A DNA stretch of 32,000 nucleotides from Bellilinea caldifistulae (GCF_001306055.1 NZ_LGHJ01000012.1:210001-242000); one strand, 5' to 3'; shown: positions 1 to 9,425, counted from the first letter of the stretch. Notes: generated by a model not told the origin, from the sequence alone. Numbers and translations: made by a program.

Positions 1-750
1 GGTCACGCGCACGCCCTTTTCGGTGGTTTCCACCGACTGGACTTTGTGACTGGTCAACATTTGAATGCCGCGCTTTTGGAAGGCTTTGGCCAGTTCCGTG
101 CTGACTTCTTCATCCTCCAACGGCACAATTCGCGGCAGCATTTCAACCAGTGTAACCTGCGTGCCGTAGGAATTCCAGATGGTAGCAAATTCCACCCCAA
201 TCGCTCCCGCGCCAATAATCACCACCGACTCCGGGCGGCGGGTTTGCAAAATTGCCTCCCAGTAGGTCAGCACCTTTTCACCATCCGGCTTGACACCCGG
301 AATCATCGCGGCATGCGCGCCGGTGGCAATGATGATATTCTTTGCCGTAAAGGTTTGGGTCTTACCTTCCGCATCGGTCACCTGAACCGAATCACGGGCT
401 GTCAGCCGGGCGATCCCCATGTGAACATCAATTTTGTTCTTCTTCATTAAAAAGCCGACACCCTGAACCAGCCGCTTGGAAACCTTTCGGCTGCGGTCAA
501 CCGCAACGGCATAATCCAGTTTCAGGTTATCAAAGGAGAAACCAAATTCGGCAGTACGCTCCCGCAAGATATGCGCCAGCTCGGCATTTCGGAGCAGCGA
601 TTTGGAGGGAATGCAGCCCACATTCAGGCACACCCCGCCCAGAAATTCTTTTTCGACCACGGCGGTTTTCAAGCCCAACTGGGCAGCACGAATGGCTGCC
701 ACATAGCCGCCCGGCCCGGCACCAATTACGATTACATCATAGTCACTCAT
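1..750 (-). CDS. lpdA: dihydrolipoyl dehydrogenase (E3), first 250 codons; 3' end runs off the window
   Basis: Absent from the ORF track because there is no in-window stop. Reverse complement from ATG at 750-748 reads MSDYDVIVIGAGPGGYVAAIRAAQLGLKTAVVEKEFLGGVCLNVGCIPSK... This shows the FAD GxGxxG motif, the CLNVGC redox-active disulfide and a second GAGAIGVE dinucleotide site. The frame stays open to position 1. Confidence 0.93.
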   Translation of the reverse strand, partial: MSDYDVIVIGAGPGGYVAAIRAAQLGLKTAVVEKEFLGGVCLNVGCIPSKSLLRNAELAHILRERTAEFGFSFDNLKLDYAVAVDRSRKVSKRLVQGVGFLMKKNKIDVHMGIARLTARDSVQVTDAEGKTQTFTAKNIIIATGAHAAMIPGVKPDGEKVLTYWEAILQTRRPESVVIIGAGAIGVEFATIWNSYGTQVTLVEMLPRIVPLEDEEVSTELAKAFQKRGIQMLTSHKVQSVETTEKGVRVT

Positions 751-893
751 CGTTCCATCCTCTTTGATCCAGTTTTTGGCTGAGCTGATTTATGCCAGCC
801 CGATTTTCCTGTTTTATCACCCCTACGATTTTACCCGCAGGAAGCGAGTTAAGGGGCTTTGTGTACCACAAATCGAACATTTGTTAGAAGGGC

Positions 894-2210
894 TCAGACG
901 CTCCAATTTTGCAGAGTTTCGACCACCTTGCCTAAGAAGCCGTCGGCAGATGCGCCGTCTAATATTCGATGATCGAAGGTAAAGGAAAGATACACCATTG
1001 GGCGCACCGCAATGGCATCCCCTTCCACAACCACCGCTCGCTTTTGAATGGCACCCACGCCCAGAATCCCGCACTGCGGCTGGTTGATGACCGGTGTGGC
1101 GAACAATGATCCGCCAATGCCGTGATTGGTGATTGAGAAGGTGCCACCCTTCACCTCATCCGGCAGCAGACGATGCGCCCGCGCTCGATGGGCCAGGTCG
1201 TTAATCGCCCGCGCCAGCCCCAGCAAGGAAAGACCATCCGCACGGCGAATCACCGGCACAATCAGTCCCTCCTCACCCAGCGAAACGGCAATGCCGAGAT
1301 GGATTTCCGAATGCAGGATCAACCCCTCCTCGCTCCATGAGGAATTGACCTGTGGAAAGGCTTTGAGCGCGGCAATGACAGCGGCAGCAAAGTAAGCCGT
1401 GTAGGTCAGGTTAACGCCGTCACGGGCAAACAGGGCTTTATTCGCCTCGCGGTGAGCCACCACCTGCTTGAGGTCAGCCTCCATCACCGTGGTCACGTGC
1501 GGGGCTGTCCGCTTGCTGAAGACCATGTGTTCGGCAATGCTGCGGCGCATTTTGGTATGCGGGATCAAACGGCTGCCGGGGGGAAGGTCTCCGGGCTGTT
1601 GAACCGGCGGAACTGGTTTGGTTTCCATCGCCGGCTGACTGCCGGGGAACATCAATTCGGTCGGGCGAAACAAATCGCCTTCACCCGGCGTTTCCCAAAT
1701 AGCCGGCTGCTCAGCCACGGGTTGTTGTTCTCGCTGTTCAAGGTAAGCCAGCACATCTTTCTTGGTAATCCGCCCGCCTTGCCCGCTGCCCCGAATCTGG
1801 CTCAGGTCAACCTGATATTCCTGCGCCAGCCGCGCCACCACCGGGGAGATAAATCCCAGATCGCGATCCCGCCCCGGTGCGGGGACGGCCACAGCCGATT
1901 CGGGCTGGGCTTGTTTCGGCTTTTCCGCTGCCGACGGGTGTACAGCGCCTACCTCATCCGGGATGCTTTCTCCCGGCTCACCGATCCACGCAATTACCGT
2001 ACCGGCTTTGACCGTTTCACCCTCCGGCACCACAATTTTCAAAAGTGTGCCCGCCGCCGGACTGGGAATCTCCGAATCGACCTTATCGGTGTTCACTTCC
2101 AGCAGCGATTCGAACTCCTCGACCATTTCGCCCTCTTGCTTCAACCAGCGGGTGACGGTACCTTCCACAACCGATTCACCCAACTGGGGCATGATCACTT
2201 TGGTAGCCAT
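894..2210 (-). CDS. dihydrolipoamide acyltransferase (E2) of a 2-oxo acid dehydrogenase complex
   Basis: Track ORF 894..2336. I chose the ATG at 2210 (MATKVIMPQLGESV) because GAGGAGG lies just upstream. It has a lipoyl domain with the TDKV lipoyl-lysine, a peripheral subunit-binding segment (ISPVVARLAQEYQVDL..GSGQGGRITKKDV) and a catalytic DHRILDG motif near the C-terminus. Confidence 0.93.
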   Translation of the reverse strand: MATKVIMPQLGESVVEGTVTRWLKQEGEMVEEFESLLEVNTDKVDSEIPSPAAGTLLKIVVPEGETVKAGTVIAWIGEPGESIPDEVGAVHPSAAEKPKQAQPESAVAVPAPGRDRDLGFISPVVARLAQEYQVDLSQIRGSGQGGRITKKDVLAYLEQREQQPVAEQPAIWETPGEGDLFRPTELMFPGSQPAMETKPVPPVQQPGDLPPGSRLIPHTKMRRSIAEHMVFSKRTAPHVTTVMEADLKQVVAHREANKALFARDGVNLTYTAYFAAAVIAALKAFPQVNSSWSEEGLILHSEIHLGIAVSLGEEGLIVPVIRRADGLSLLGLARAINDLAHRARAHRLLPDEVKGGTFSITNHGIGGSLFATPVINQPQCGILGVGAIQKRAVVVEGDAIAVRPMVYLSFTFDHRILDGASADGFLGKVVETLQNWSV

Positions 2211-2227
2211 GGCTCCTCCTCTCAAAC

Positions 2228-3214
2228 CTAAAAAGCCGCCAGTTCGCGGATGGCTTGCAGAATCTTCTGCGGATTTGGCATGAACCACTCCTGCATCGGG
2301 TGGCTGAACGGCACCGCCGGCACATCCGGCCCGCACAACCGGCGCACCGGCGCATCCAGGTCGGTAAAAGCCCCTTCGGCAATCGTGGCGGCAACCTCTG
2401 CCCCGTAACCCCCGCTCAGATTATCCTCGTGGACGATCAACGCCTTACCGGTCTTACGGACGGAGGTCAAAATCGTTTCACGGTCAACCGGGTAGAGTGT
2501 CCGCAGGTCAACCACCTCCACGTCAATGCCTTCCTCGGCGGCTTTTTGGGCGGCTTGAAGGGCGTAATAATGCATCATCCCGTAGGCGAACAGACTCAGG
2601 TCACTTCCCTGCCGGCTAACCCTCGCCGGGCCAATCGGCACCAGAATCTCCTCGTCCTGCGGCACCTCGCCGCGAATCAGGCGGTAACCTTTCTTGGGTT
2701 CCAGAAAGATGACCGGATTCGGGTCACGCACCGCCGATTTGAGCAGCCCTTTGGCGTCATACGGGTTGGACGGTATGACCACCTTCAGGCCCGGCACATG
2801 CGCAAAGAAAGCCTCCACACTTTGCGAGTGGTACAAACCTCCACCAATACCGCCACCATAAGGAGCACGAATGACCATCGGCACCGTCCATTCGCCGTTC
2901 GAACGGTAGCACATTTTAGCCGCTTCGCTGACAATTTGATTGAAAGCCGGGTAAATGAAATCCGCAAATTGAATTTCACAAATCGGGCGCATCCCATACA
3001 GCGCTGCGCCAATCCCCACTCCGACGATGGAGAGTTCAGCCAGCGGTGAGTCAATCACCCGTTCTTCCCCGTACTTTTCAAACAAGCCAACCGTTGCCCG
3101 AAAGACGCCACCGCGCTTGCCGACATCTTCACCTACGATGAACACCCGTTCATCGCGTGCCAGCTCCTCATCCATTGCCTGCCGGATGGCTTCCACCAGG
3201 GTAATTTCAGTCAT
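2228..3214 (-). CDS. 2-oxo acid dehydrogenase E1 component, beta subunit
   Basis: Track ORF 2228..3298. The start is set at ATG 3214 (MTEITLVEAIRQAMDEE...), typical of E1-beta/transketolase-like pyrimidine-binding proteins. It overlaps the E1-alpha stop by 8 nt (ATGACTGA). Confidence 0.92.
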   Translation of the reverse strand: MTEITLVEAIRQAMDEELARDERVFIVGEDVGKRGGVFRATVGLFEKYGEERVIDSPLAELSIVGVGIGAALYGMRPICEIQFADFIYPAFNQIVSEAAKMCYRSNGEWTVPMVIRAPYGGGIGGGLYHSQSVEAFFAHVPGLKVVIPSNPYDAKGLLKSAVRDPNPVIFLEPKKGYRLIRGEVPQDEEILVPIGPARVSRQGSDLSLFAYGMMHYYALQAAQKAAEEGIDVEVVDLRTLYPVDRETILTSVRKTGKALIVHEDNLSGGYGAEVAATIAEGAFTDLDAPVRRLCGPDVPAVPFSHPMQEWFMPNPQKILQAIRELAAF

Positions 3215-4190
3215 GGCGCACCTCCTCGGCATACACCGGATAAGCCGCTTCCTCCGCGGCGGGATAGGGCGCCTGTTCGGCGTATTGAACGGCTTCATCC
3301 ACCATCTTTTTGGCGCGGCTTTCCATCTCCTCCAAACGGGAAGCAGTCAGCAGACCGTCCCTTTCCAGAATGCGCCGGTTGACCAGCAGCGGATCGCGCT
3401 TTTTATGCTCCTCGACCTCTTCCCGCGAGCGGTAGGTGCGGTCGTCATCATCCGAGGAATGCGGCGTGATGCGGTACATTTTCGCCTCAATTAACGTGGG
3501 ACCTTTGCCGCTGCGTGCCAGTTCAACCGCTTCTGTAAAGGCCTGATGCACGGCGAACACATCGCTTCCGTCTACAGCCACGCCGCGCAAGCCCAACCCG
3601 CAGGCGCGGTCAGCCGCGCTGGGTACCGCCATCTGCTTTTCCACAGGCACCGAAATGGCGTACTGGTTGTTTTCCACCAGAAAGATGACCGGCAGTTGAT
3701 GCACCGCCGCCCAGTTAACCGCCTCGTACCACTCGCCTTGTGAGGTTGAGCCCTCGCCAAGACTGGCAAGCACCACTTTATCTTCACGGCGCATTTTGAT
3801 CGCCAGCCCAATGCCGGTTGCGTGGGAGCATTGGGTTGCCACCACCGCCGAGTGGCTGACCACATTGGCGCGCCTCAGGCTCCAGTGGCTGGGCATCTGC
3901 CGCCCGCCGGAACTGGGCTCTTCACGCTTGCCCATCAGGCTCAGCATGAATTCGCGCGGTTCGTAGCCCAAACATAGCATCAATGCCAGATCGCGGTAGT
4001 AGGGGGCGACCCAATCGTATCCCCGCCGCAGGGCATACGCCGCCCCAACCTGAGCAGCCTCCTGTCCGATGCCCGAAATGTGAAAAGCAATTTTGCCCTG
4101 CCGGTGCAGCACCCAGGCGCGTTCATCTAACCGGCGGGACAGCAGCATCATCCAGTACATTTCCAGACGAGTTTCGTCACTTAATGTCAT
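3207..4190 (-). CDS. 2-oxo acid dehydrogenase E1 component, alpha subunit (TPP-dependent)
   Basis: Track ORF 3207..4199. AAAGGAGG abuts the first ATG (4199) with zero spacing but sits 9 nt before the ATG at 4190, so 4190 is preferred. A TPP-binding-type motif is present: GEGSTSQGEWYEAVNWAAVHQLPVIFLVENN. Confidence 0.9.
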   Translation of the reverse strand: MTLSDETRLEMYWMMLLSRRLDERAWVLHRQGKIAFHISGIGQEAAQVGAAYALRRGYDWVAPYYRDLALMLCLGYEPREFMLSLMGKREEPSSGGRQMPSHWSLRRANVVSHSAVVATQCSHATGIGLAIKMRREDKVVLASLGEGSTSQGEWYEAVNWAAVHQLPVIFLVENNQYAISVPVEKQMAVPSAADRACGLGLRGVAVDGSDVFAVHQAFTEAVELARSGKGPTLIEAKMYRITPHSSDDDDRTYRSREEVEEHKKRDPLLVNRRILERDGLLTASRLEEMESRAKKMVDEAVQYAEQAPYPAAEEAAYPVYAEEVRHD

Positions 4191-4217
4191 TCGGTTCATC
4201 CTCCTTTGGCGAAATAA

Positions 4218-4262
4218 AACGGACGGGGAGAATACGCTGATTTTTCTTCACACCCGCCCGTT
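4218..4262 (-). terminator. possible stem-loop downstream of the flavoprotein gene
   Basis: On the minus-strand RNA, AACGGGCGGG pairs with CCCGUCCGUU (10 bp including one G-U). The loop is about 25 nt and is followed by UUAUUU. The long loop makes this a weak call. Confidence 0.3.
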
Positions 4263-4290
4263 ACAACCCAATTCACGGCGACCTCCACAC

Positions 4291-5637
4291 TCAGGATACC
4301 GCCTTAAGCAAGCCCATCACTTCCAGCATTTCTTGATTGGAGGCAAACTTGAAATCCTCCACCCCCAGTTCCTGCATTTTTGCCTGTTCGGCGGCTTCCA
4401 GTAATTTGAGCGCATCGCGGGTAACCACCGGATGCGGCAGGCGACTGAGGGTTTCCTGAACTTTGGGTAAAACATCCGGCGCAGCCGGCGGCAATCCGGC
4501 TAAATACTGTAACACCGCCCGCGCTCCATTGACGCCGTCTTTGCGCGCCACCCCCACCAGTCCGCTGGAAGCCTTGCGTGACCAGCCCTCCACAAAAACA
4601 CCTTCGATGGGTTCGTCTTTTTCGCTGTCGTAGGCTTCGTAGGATTCGCCCTCGATTGGAAAACGCGGATTTGGATTTTTATCGAAGGCAAAGTTATGCA
4701 CCGGTAACCCCAGATTTTCATCCACCCTATCGCCAATCGCAAAAATGACCGTGTCCACATCGAAAACATGAAATTGCCCCAAACCGCGCGCCTTGACCTC
4801 TCCACCTTCCAGCACCAGATGAGTATCCTCAATCTCCAGTCCGCCAACCCGCCCGCTGCCGTCATCCAGAATGCGGCTCGGTGAGGAAAGAAAACGAATC
4901 CAGAACAGGGTGTGGCTCTGCATCCACACCCCACGAGCGGCGGCGGAGTGTATGAACTCTCTGGCAACCTCAGGATGCTGTCCAATGGCGCGCATCTCTT
5001 TGGCTACCCGCTCAATTTCGCGGTCGAAAGCCGCCAGATCCAGGTTGGCAACCACCGCTTCGAGCTCTTTTCGATCGAACTTGATCTCCGCCGGCCCGCG
5101 CCGGGCAAAAGCAACCACTTCATCCACCTTACGCACCGAAATCAAATAGCGGGCAATATCCATCATCACATTGCCTACCCCGATAATTGCCACCCGCTTG
5201 CCGATTTCCAAATGCTGCTGGCTGAAGGGCGGCAGTTTGTTGTAATGATAGACCACATCCTTGGCGTGATACACCCCGCGCAGATGCTCCCCCGGCAAAC
5301 CCAGCCATTTTGTCCCCTGCGCTCCGGCTGCCACCAGAATGGCCTGAAATCCCAGCCGACGCAAGTCATCCAGCGTCAAATCCCCCTGCTGACCGATCAG
5401 CACATTGCCAAAATACTCGACATCGGGCAACTCCAAAATCTGCCGGAATTGAGCCCGCAGACCGGTTTTCATTTTAATTTTATCCGGGTAAATGCCGTAT
5501 TCTGCCAGCCCGCCGGGTTTAATGTCCCGGTTGAACAGCACCACTTGTACACCCTGACTTGCCAGTTCTCGTGCGGCAAATAACCCCGCCGGTCCCGCAC
5601 CTACAATTGCCACAATGTGGCGGTCAGATTGATCCAT
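4291..5637 (-). CDS. FAD/NADPH-dependent ferredoxin (adrenodoxin)-reductase-like oxidoreductase, FprA-like
   Basis: 448 aa. It has an N-terminal IVAIVGAGPAGLFAA FAD site, a second VAIIGVGNVMMDIARYL NADP site, and a C-terminal GWSRKASSGLVGVARKDG segment like the GWIKRGPTGVIGTNKKD of mycobacterial FprA (recalled from memory). Confidence 0.75.
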   Translation of the reverse strand: MDQSDRHIVAIVGAGPAGLFAARELASQGVQVVLFNRDIKPGGLAEYGIYPDKIKMKTGLRAQFRQILELPDVEYFGNVLIGQQGDLTLDDLRRLGFQAILVAAGAQGTKWLGLPGEHLRGVYHAKDVVYHYNKLPPFSQQHLEIGKRVAIIGVGNVMMDIARYLISVRKVDEVVAFARRGPAEIKFDRKELEAVVANLDLAAFDREIERVAKEMRAIGQHPEVAREFIHSAAARGVWMQSHTLFWIRFLSSPSRILDDGSGRVGGLEIEDTHLVLEGGEVKARGLGQFHVFDVDTVIFAIGDRVDENLGLPVHNFAFDKNPNPRFPIEGESYEAYDSEKDEPIEGVFVEGWSRKASSGLVGVARKDGVNGARAVLQYLAGLPPAAPDVLPKVQETLSRLPHPVVTRDALKLLEAAEQAKMQELGVEDFKFASNQEMLEVMGLLKAVS

Positions 5638-5713
5638 GTATCGTACCCCGGTGGAGAAAGATGACGAGCCGAATTAATTATACCCCGTTTTGTCCGCTTC
5701 TTTTTCAAGCCTG

Positions 5714-5722
5714 TGCTATAGT
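5714..5722 (+). promoter_or_regulatory. candidate extended -10 promoter element (TGcTATAGT)
   Basis: TGCTATAGT lies 19 nt upstream of the ATG at 5741, leaving room for a short leader carrying AGGTGA. No convincing -35 was found. Confidence 0.3.
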
Positions 5723-5740
5723 GGTATACAAGGTGAAGTC

Positions 5741-6400
5741 ATGGAAACAGCATCCCCCAATTCCGCCCAACCCCCTGCTACCCGGCGGCGAATGCTACGC
5801 CCAAATCAGTTACTGCCTTCTTTCTGGACGATTACCGGCATCCTTTCGCTGATTGTCAACGCCATCCTGATCGCCGTGTTGATCGGTGTGGGAAGTCAAC
5901 TCTTTACGCTCAAGCGCCTTCTATCCGAACAATTGATTGAAGGGCTGTATCAAAATTTTGTGCGGATGGACGAAGCCCACATCCGCACGGTCATACCGGT
6001 TCGGGATCAGAAAGTGCGCGCCAACTTCACACTCCACATCAAGACCCCCACGACGGTCACCCTCGCCGAGGATACCCTGCTGCCCAACGCCCAGGTGCTG
6101 CGCCTGAACACCGGCGGTTTGACAATCTACAATGCCCCAGCCGACATCGTTCTCAAAGCCGGCACCGACCTGCCCATCTTTTTGGACCTGGAAGTGCCGG
6201 TAGATCAGGAAATTCCCGTCAATCTGGATGTGAATGTGGACATCCCGCTGCGGGAAACCGACCTGCACGAACCTTTTACCGGTTTACAAGAAGTCGTGCT
6301 GCCTTACCGGGAACTGTTGAACCAGACCCCCAATTCGTGGTCTGAGGCGTTGTGTGGCAACCCACCTCTGCCGCTTTGCCGCTGGTTATTTGGAGAATAA
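5741..6400 (+). CDS. hypothetical single-pass membrane protein
   Basis: Track ORF 5690..6400. The ATG at 5741 is preceded by AGGTGA. One N-terminal TM helix (FWTITGILSLIVNAILIAVLIGVG) is followed by a beta-rich extracytoplasmic region. I recognised no family. The gene ends 15 nt before the M16 peptidase gene. Confidence 0.65.
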   Translation: METASPNSAQPPATRRRMLRPNQLLPSFWTITGILSLIVNAILIAVLIGVGSQLFTLKRLLSEQLIEGLYQNFVRMDEAHIRTVIPVRDQKVRANFTLHIKTPTTVTLAEDTLLPNAQVLRLNTGGLTIYNAPADIVLKAGTDLPIFLDLEVPVDQEIPVNLDVNVDIPLRETDLHEPFTGLQEVVLPYRELLNQTPNSWSEALCGNPPLPLCRWLFGE

Positions 6401-6415
6401 TCGAGCATTCAACCC

Positions 6416-7708
6416 ATGGCTGATGACATCTTGCGCGCGCAACTCCCCAACGGTCTAACCGTCCAATTGAAAGAAATCCACACTGCCCCGCTGATCAGTC
6501 ATTGGGTCTGGTATCGGGTTGGCTCGCGCTACGAACAGAACGGAAAGCGTGGCATATCGCATTGGGTCGAGCACATGCAATTCAAAGGAACACCCCGGTT
6601 TCCGGCCGGTGTACCGGATAAAGCCATTGCCCGTACCGGCGGAACCTGGAATGCCTTCACTCACATGGATTGGACAACCTATTTTGAAACCCTGCCAGCG
6701 GATCACCTGTCCCTGGCGTTGGAGATTGAATCCGACCGGATGGTCAACAGCCTGTTTGACCCCAAAGAAGTCGAAGCCGAACGGACGGTCATTCTCTCGG
6801 AACTGGCTGGCAACCTGAACGAACCGCTCTTCCTGCTCAGCGATGCCGTCCAGAAAGCCTCTTTTGAGCAACATCCCTACCGCAACGAGGTGATCGGCAC
6901 ACCCGAAGACCTGCAAAACATCCGCCGTGATGACCTGTTTGAGTACTACCGGCATTACTACCACCCCGCCAATGCGCTGGTAGCCATCGCCGGAGATTTT
7001 GACGCCGGCCAAATCCTGCGGCAAATCGAAGACCGCTACGGGGCGATCCCCCCCGGCAAGCCGGCCCAAAACCCAACCACACCCGAACCCCCGGTTGCAG
7101 AAGAGCGCCATCTCGCCGTCAGCGGACCCGGCGAAACGGTTTACCTGCAAATTGCTTACCGCTCGCCAGCCGCCGCCGATGCTGACTTTTTCTCCATGAC
7201 GGTGCTGGATTCGCTGCTGGCAGGCCCCACCAGCCTGAACATGTTTGGCGGCGGCGGAATTTCTAACAAGACCAGCCGTTTGTACCGTGCCCTGGTGGAA
7301 AACGAATGGGCTGTCGGTATTTCAGGCGGCATGCAGGCAACCTTTGATCCATTCCTGTACGACCTGACCATCACACTGCGGCCGGACCGCAACCCGGATG
7401 AAGTTCTGGCGGTGGTGGATGACGAGATCAAGCGATTGCAAGATGCTCCTGTCAGCGAGCAAGAAATTCAACGCGCCATCAAACAGGCGCGTGCCATGTT
7501 TGCCTACGGCAGTGAAAATATCACCAATCAAGCCTTCTGGCTGGGCTTTGCCGAGATGTTCGCAGATTACGGCTGGTTCAGCGGCTACCTGACCCGTCTT
7601 GCCGAAGTAACCCCCGCCGATGTCCAGCGGGCTGCCCAGCGCTGGTTGCCTTCCAACCAACGAGTGGTGGGTGTGTATTATCCCCTCAACGGAGGGCCAG
7701 GCGCATGA
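6416..7708 (+). CDS. M16 (pitrilysin/insulinase) family zinc peptidase, catalytic subunit
   Basis: 430 aa with the inverted zinc motif HxxEH in GISHWVEHMQFKGT, and typical M16 N- and C-domains. Confidence 0.9.
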   Translation: MADDILRAQLPNGLTVQLKEIHTAPLISHWVWYRVGSRYEQNGKRGISHWVEHMQFKGTPRFPAGVPDKAIARTGGTWNAFTHMDWTTYFETLPADHLSLALEIESDRMVNSLFDPKEVEAERTVILSELAGNLNEPLFLLSDAVQKASFEQHPYRNEVIGTPEDLQNIRRDDLFEYYRHYYHPANALVAIAGDFDAGQILRQIEDRYGAIPPGKPAQNPTTPEPPVAEERHLAVSGPGETVYLQIAYRSPAAADADFFSMTVLDSLLAGPTSLNMFGGGGISNKTSRLYRALVENEWAVGISGGMQATFDPFLYDLTITLRPDRNPDEVLAVVDDEIKRLQDAPVSEQEIQRAIKQARAMFAYGSENITNQAFWLGFAEMFADYGWFSGYLTRLAEVTPADVQRAAQRWLPSNQRVVGVYYPLNGGPGA

Positions 7709-9006
7709 AGAGGCGCAACTCGCAATCCCTGCATGCCCTGCCGGGGGCCGATGACATCCAGCGGGTTGAACTGGAAAACGGGATTACCCTGTTAATGCGC
7801 TGTAATCCCTTCAGCCCCTCGGTGGTGATAAGCGGTTACCTGCCAGCCGGCAGTCAGTACGATCCGCCGGAAAAACTGGGGCTGGCTTATTTAACCGCTC
7901 TGGGGTTGACCCGCGGAACCCAGCGCAGGAATTTTCAACAAATTTTTGACACGCTTGAAACCGCCGGAGCCAGTTTGGGGTTTGCCGGCAGCGTTCACAC
8001 CGTCAGTTTTGGCGGACGCTGTCTGGTGGAAGACCTGCCCATGCTGCTGGAACTCCTCAGCGAGGTTCTTTCCCAGCCCACCTTTCCACCGGATCAGGTT
8101 GAGCGTCTCCGGGTTCAGCACCTGACCGGCCTGGCAATCCGCGCGCAGGATACCGCCGAAATGGCCTCACTGGTTTTCGATGAAATCCTCTTCAACAATC
8201 ACCCCTACGGCAAACCGGAGGACGGCTACCCGGAGAGCATTCAAAACATCCGGCGTGAGGATCTGCTCGATTTTCATCAAAGGTATTATTCCCCTGCCGG
8301 CATGGTATTAGCGGTGGTGGGCGGCATTGAACCGGCTAAGGTACTGGACTGGGTGAATCACCATCTCGGTTGGTGGCAAACCCCAACCGTACCCCCAGCG
8401 GTGGTCTATCCGCCTCTGAAACCGCCCGCGCAGGACATCCGCCGGCATGTTTCCATTGACGGCAAAAGCCAGTGCGATCTGGTGGTTGGCACTTTTGGCC
8501 CGCGCCGCACTGACCCGGATTTCTTCCCGGCCATCATCGGCAACAACATCCTCGGACAATTGGGAATGATGGGGCGGATTGGAGAAATCATCCGCGAGCA
8601 GTACGGGCTGGCTTATTACGCCGCCGCAAATCTGGTGGCTTCGACCGCCGCCGGCTCGTGGGAAGTTTCGGCCGGGGTTGACCCGCAAAATCTGCAGCGG
8701 GTAATTGACCTGATTCGCGACGAAATTGCCTGCTTCACTCACCAACCGGTCAGCGAGGAAGAACTGGCCGACAGCAAAGCCAATCTGATTGGACGCCTGC
8801 CGCTGGCGTTGGAGTCCAATTCCGGTGTGGCCGGTGCTCTGCTGAACATTGAACGCTACGGGCTGGGGCTGGACTATTACCGCCGTTACCCTTCAATCAT
8901 CGAAAATGTCAGCCGGGACGAGGTGCTGGAAACCGCGCGGCGTTACCTGAACGGCAGCGGTATGGTCATCGTCAGCGCCGGCCCGGATGGGAGCGCAGAA
9001 ACATGA
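7705..9006 (+). CDS. M16 family peptidase-like protein, predicted non-catalytic partner
   Basis: 433 aa with M16 architecture. The position equivalent to HxxEH reads LGLAYLTALGLTRGT, with no His or Glu ligands. Its start overlaps the previous stop as ATGA. Confidence 0.85.
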   Translation: MKRRNSQSLHALPGADDIQRVELENGITLLMRCNPFSPSVVISGYLPAGSQYDPPEKLGLAYLTALGLTRGTQRRNFQQIFDTLETAGASLGFAGSVHTVSFGGRCLVEDLPMLLELLSEVLSQPTFPPDQVERLRVQHLTGLAIRAQDTAEMASLVFDEILFNNHPYGKPEDGYPESIQNIRREDLLDFHQRYYSPAGMVLAVVGGIEPAKVLDWVNHHLGWWQTPTVPPAVVYPPLKPPAQDIRRHVSIDGKSQCDLVVGTFGPRRTDPDFFPAIIGNNILGQLGMMGRIGEIIREQYGLAYYAAANLVASTAAGSWEVSAGVDPQNLQRVIDLIRDEIACFTHQPVSEEELADSKANLIGRLPLALESNSGVAGALLNIERYGLGLDYYRRYPSIIENVSRDEVLETARRYLNGSGMVIVSAGPDGSAET

Positions 9007-9425
9007 TTTTGCGTACCGGCGTTGATCTCGTGGAAATTGAGCGCCTGGATGCGGTCAAGCCGTCCATCCGTGAGCGTTTTTTGAAGAGAGTGTTCACCCC
9101 GGCAGAACTGGCCGAATCGAATAATCAAACCGAGTACCTCGGCGGCCGATTTGCCGTCAAGGAAGCCGTCTCCAAGGCTCTCGGCACCGGCATCGGTTTT
9201 GTCCGCTGGCAGGATATTGAATGCCTGGATGGTCAACGCGGCGAACCCGTCCTTTACTTGCACGGAAATGCTGCTAAAATTGCTAAGTACCTCGGTTTAG
9301 AGCAGTGGTCGGTCAGCATCAGTCACACCCGCACCCATGCCGTTGCCATTGCCGTGGCCCTGGGCAGCAGCCCTGAACGTCCTTTTCCCCAACGGGAGCA
9401 GGAAACCGATGCCGGTCTGGAATGA
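9003..9425 (+). CDS. acpS: holo-[acyl-carrier-protein] synthase (4'-phosphopantetheinyl transferase)
   Basis: GVDLVEIERL...RVFTPAEL...GRFAVKEAVSKALGTG...ISHTRTHAVAIAVAL is the classic AcpS pattern. There are ATGA overlaps at both ends. Confidence 0.88.
   Translation: MILRTGVDLVEIERLDAVKPSIRERFLKRVFTPAELAESNNQTEYLGGRFAVKEAVSKALGTGIGFVRWQDIECLDGQRGEPVLYLHGNAAKIAKYLGLEQWSVSISHTRTHAVAIAVALGSSPERPFPQREQETDAGLE

Noticed and set aside
868-887. Small inverted repeat ACAAAT-cgaac-ATTTGT and a GAAC-N4-GTTA string (CGAACATTTGTTAG) between E2 and lpdA, considered as a second LexA-like box or terminator.
   Set aside because: The stem is only 6 bp and AT-rich. The box deviates from GAAC-N4-GTTC at a conserved half-site base and at several flanking positions of the extended 14-mer consensus, it is not positioned in a recognisable promoter, and an SOS link for lpdA is implausible.
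1452-3049. + strand ORFs of 259 and 264 aa (1452-2231 and 2255-3049). Similar antisense ORFs occur at 46-450, 4912-5583, 6455-7150, 21071-21775, 24248-24886 and 17554-18099.
   Set aside because: Each is antisense to a gene with strong family signatures (lpdA, E2, E1-beta, FprA-like, M16, DUF2085, ECF sigma, membrane protein). None has an SD or a recognisable motif.
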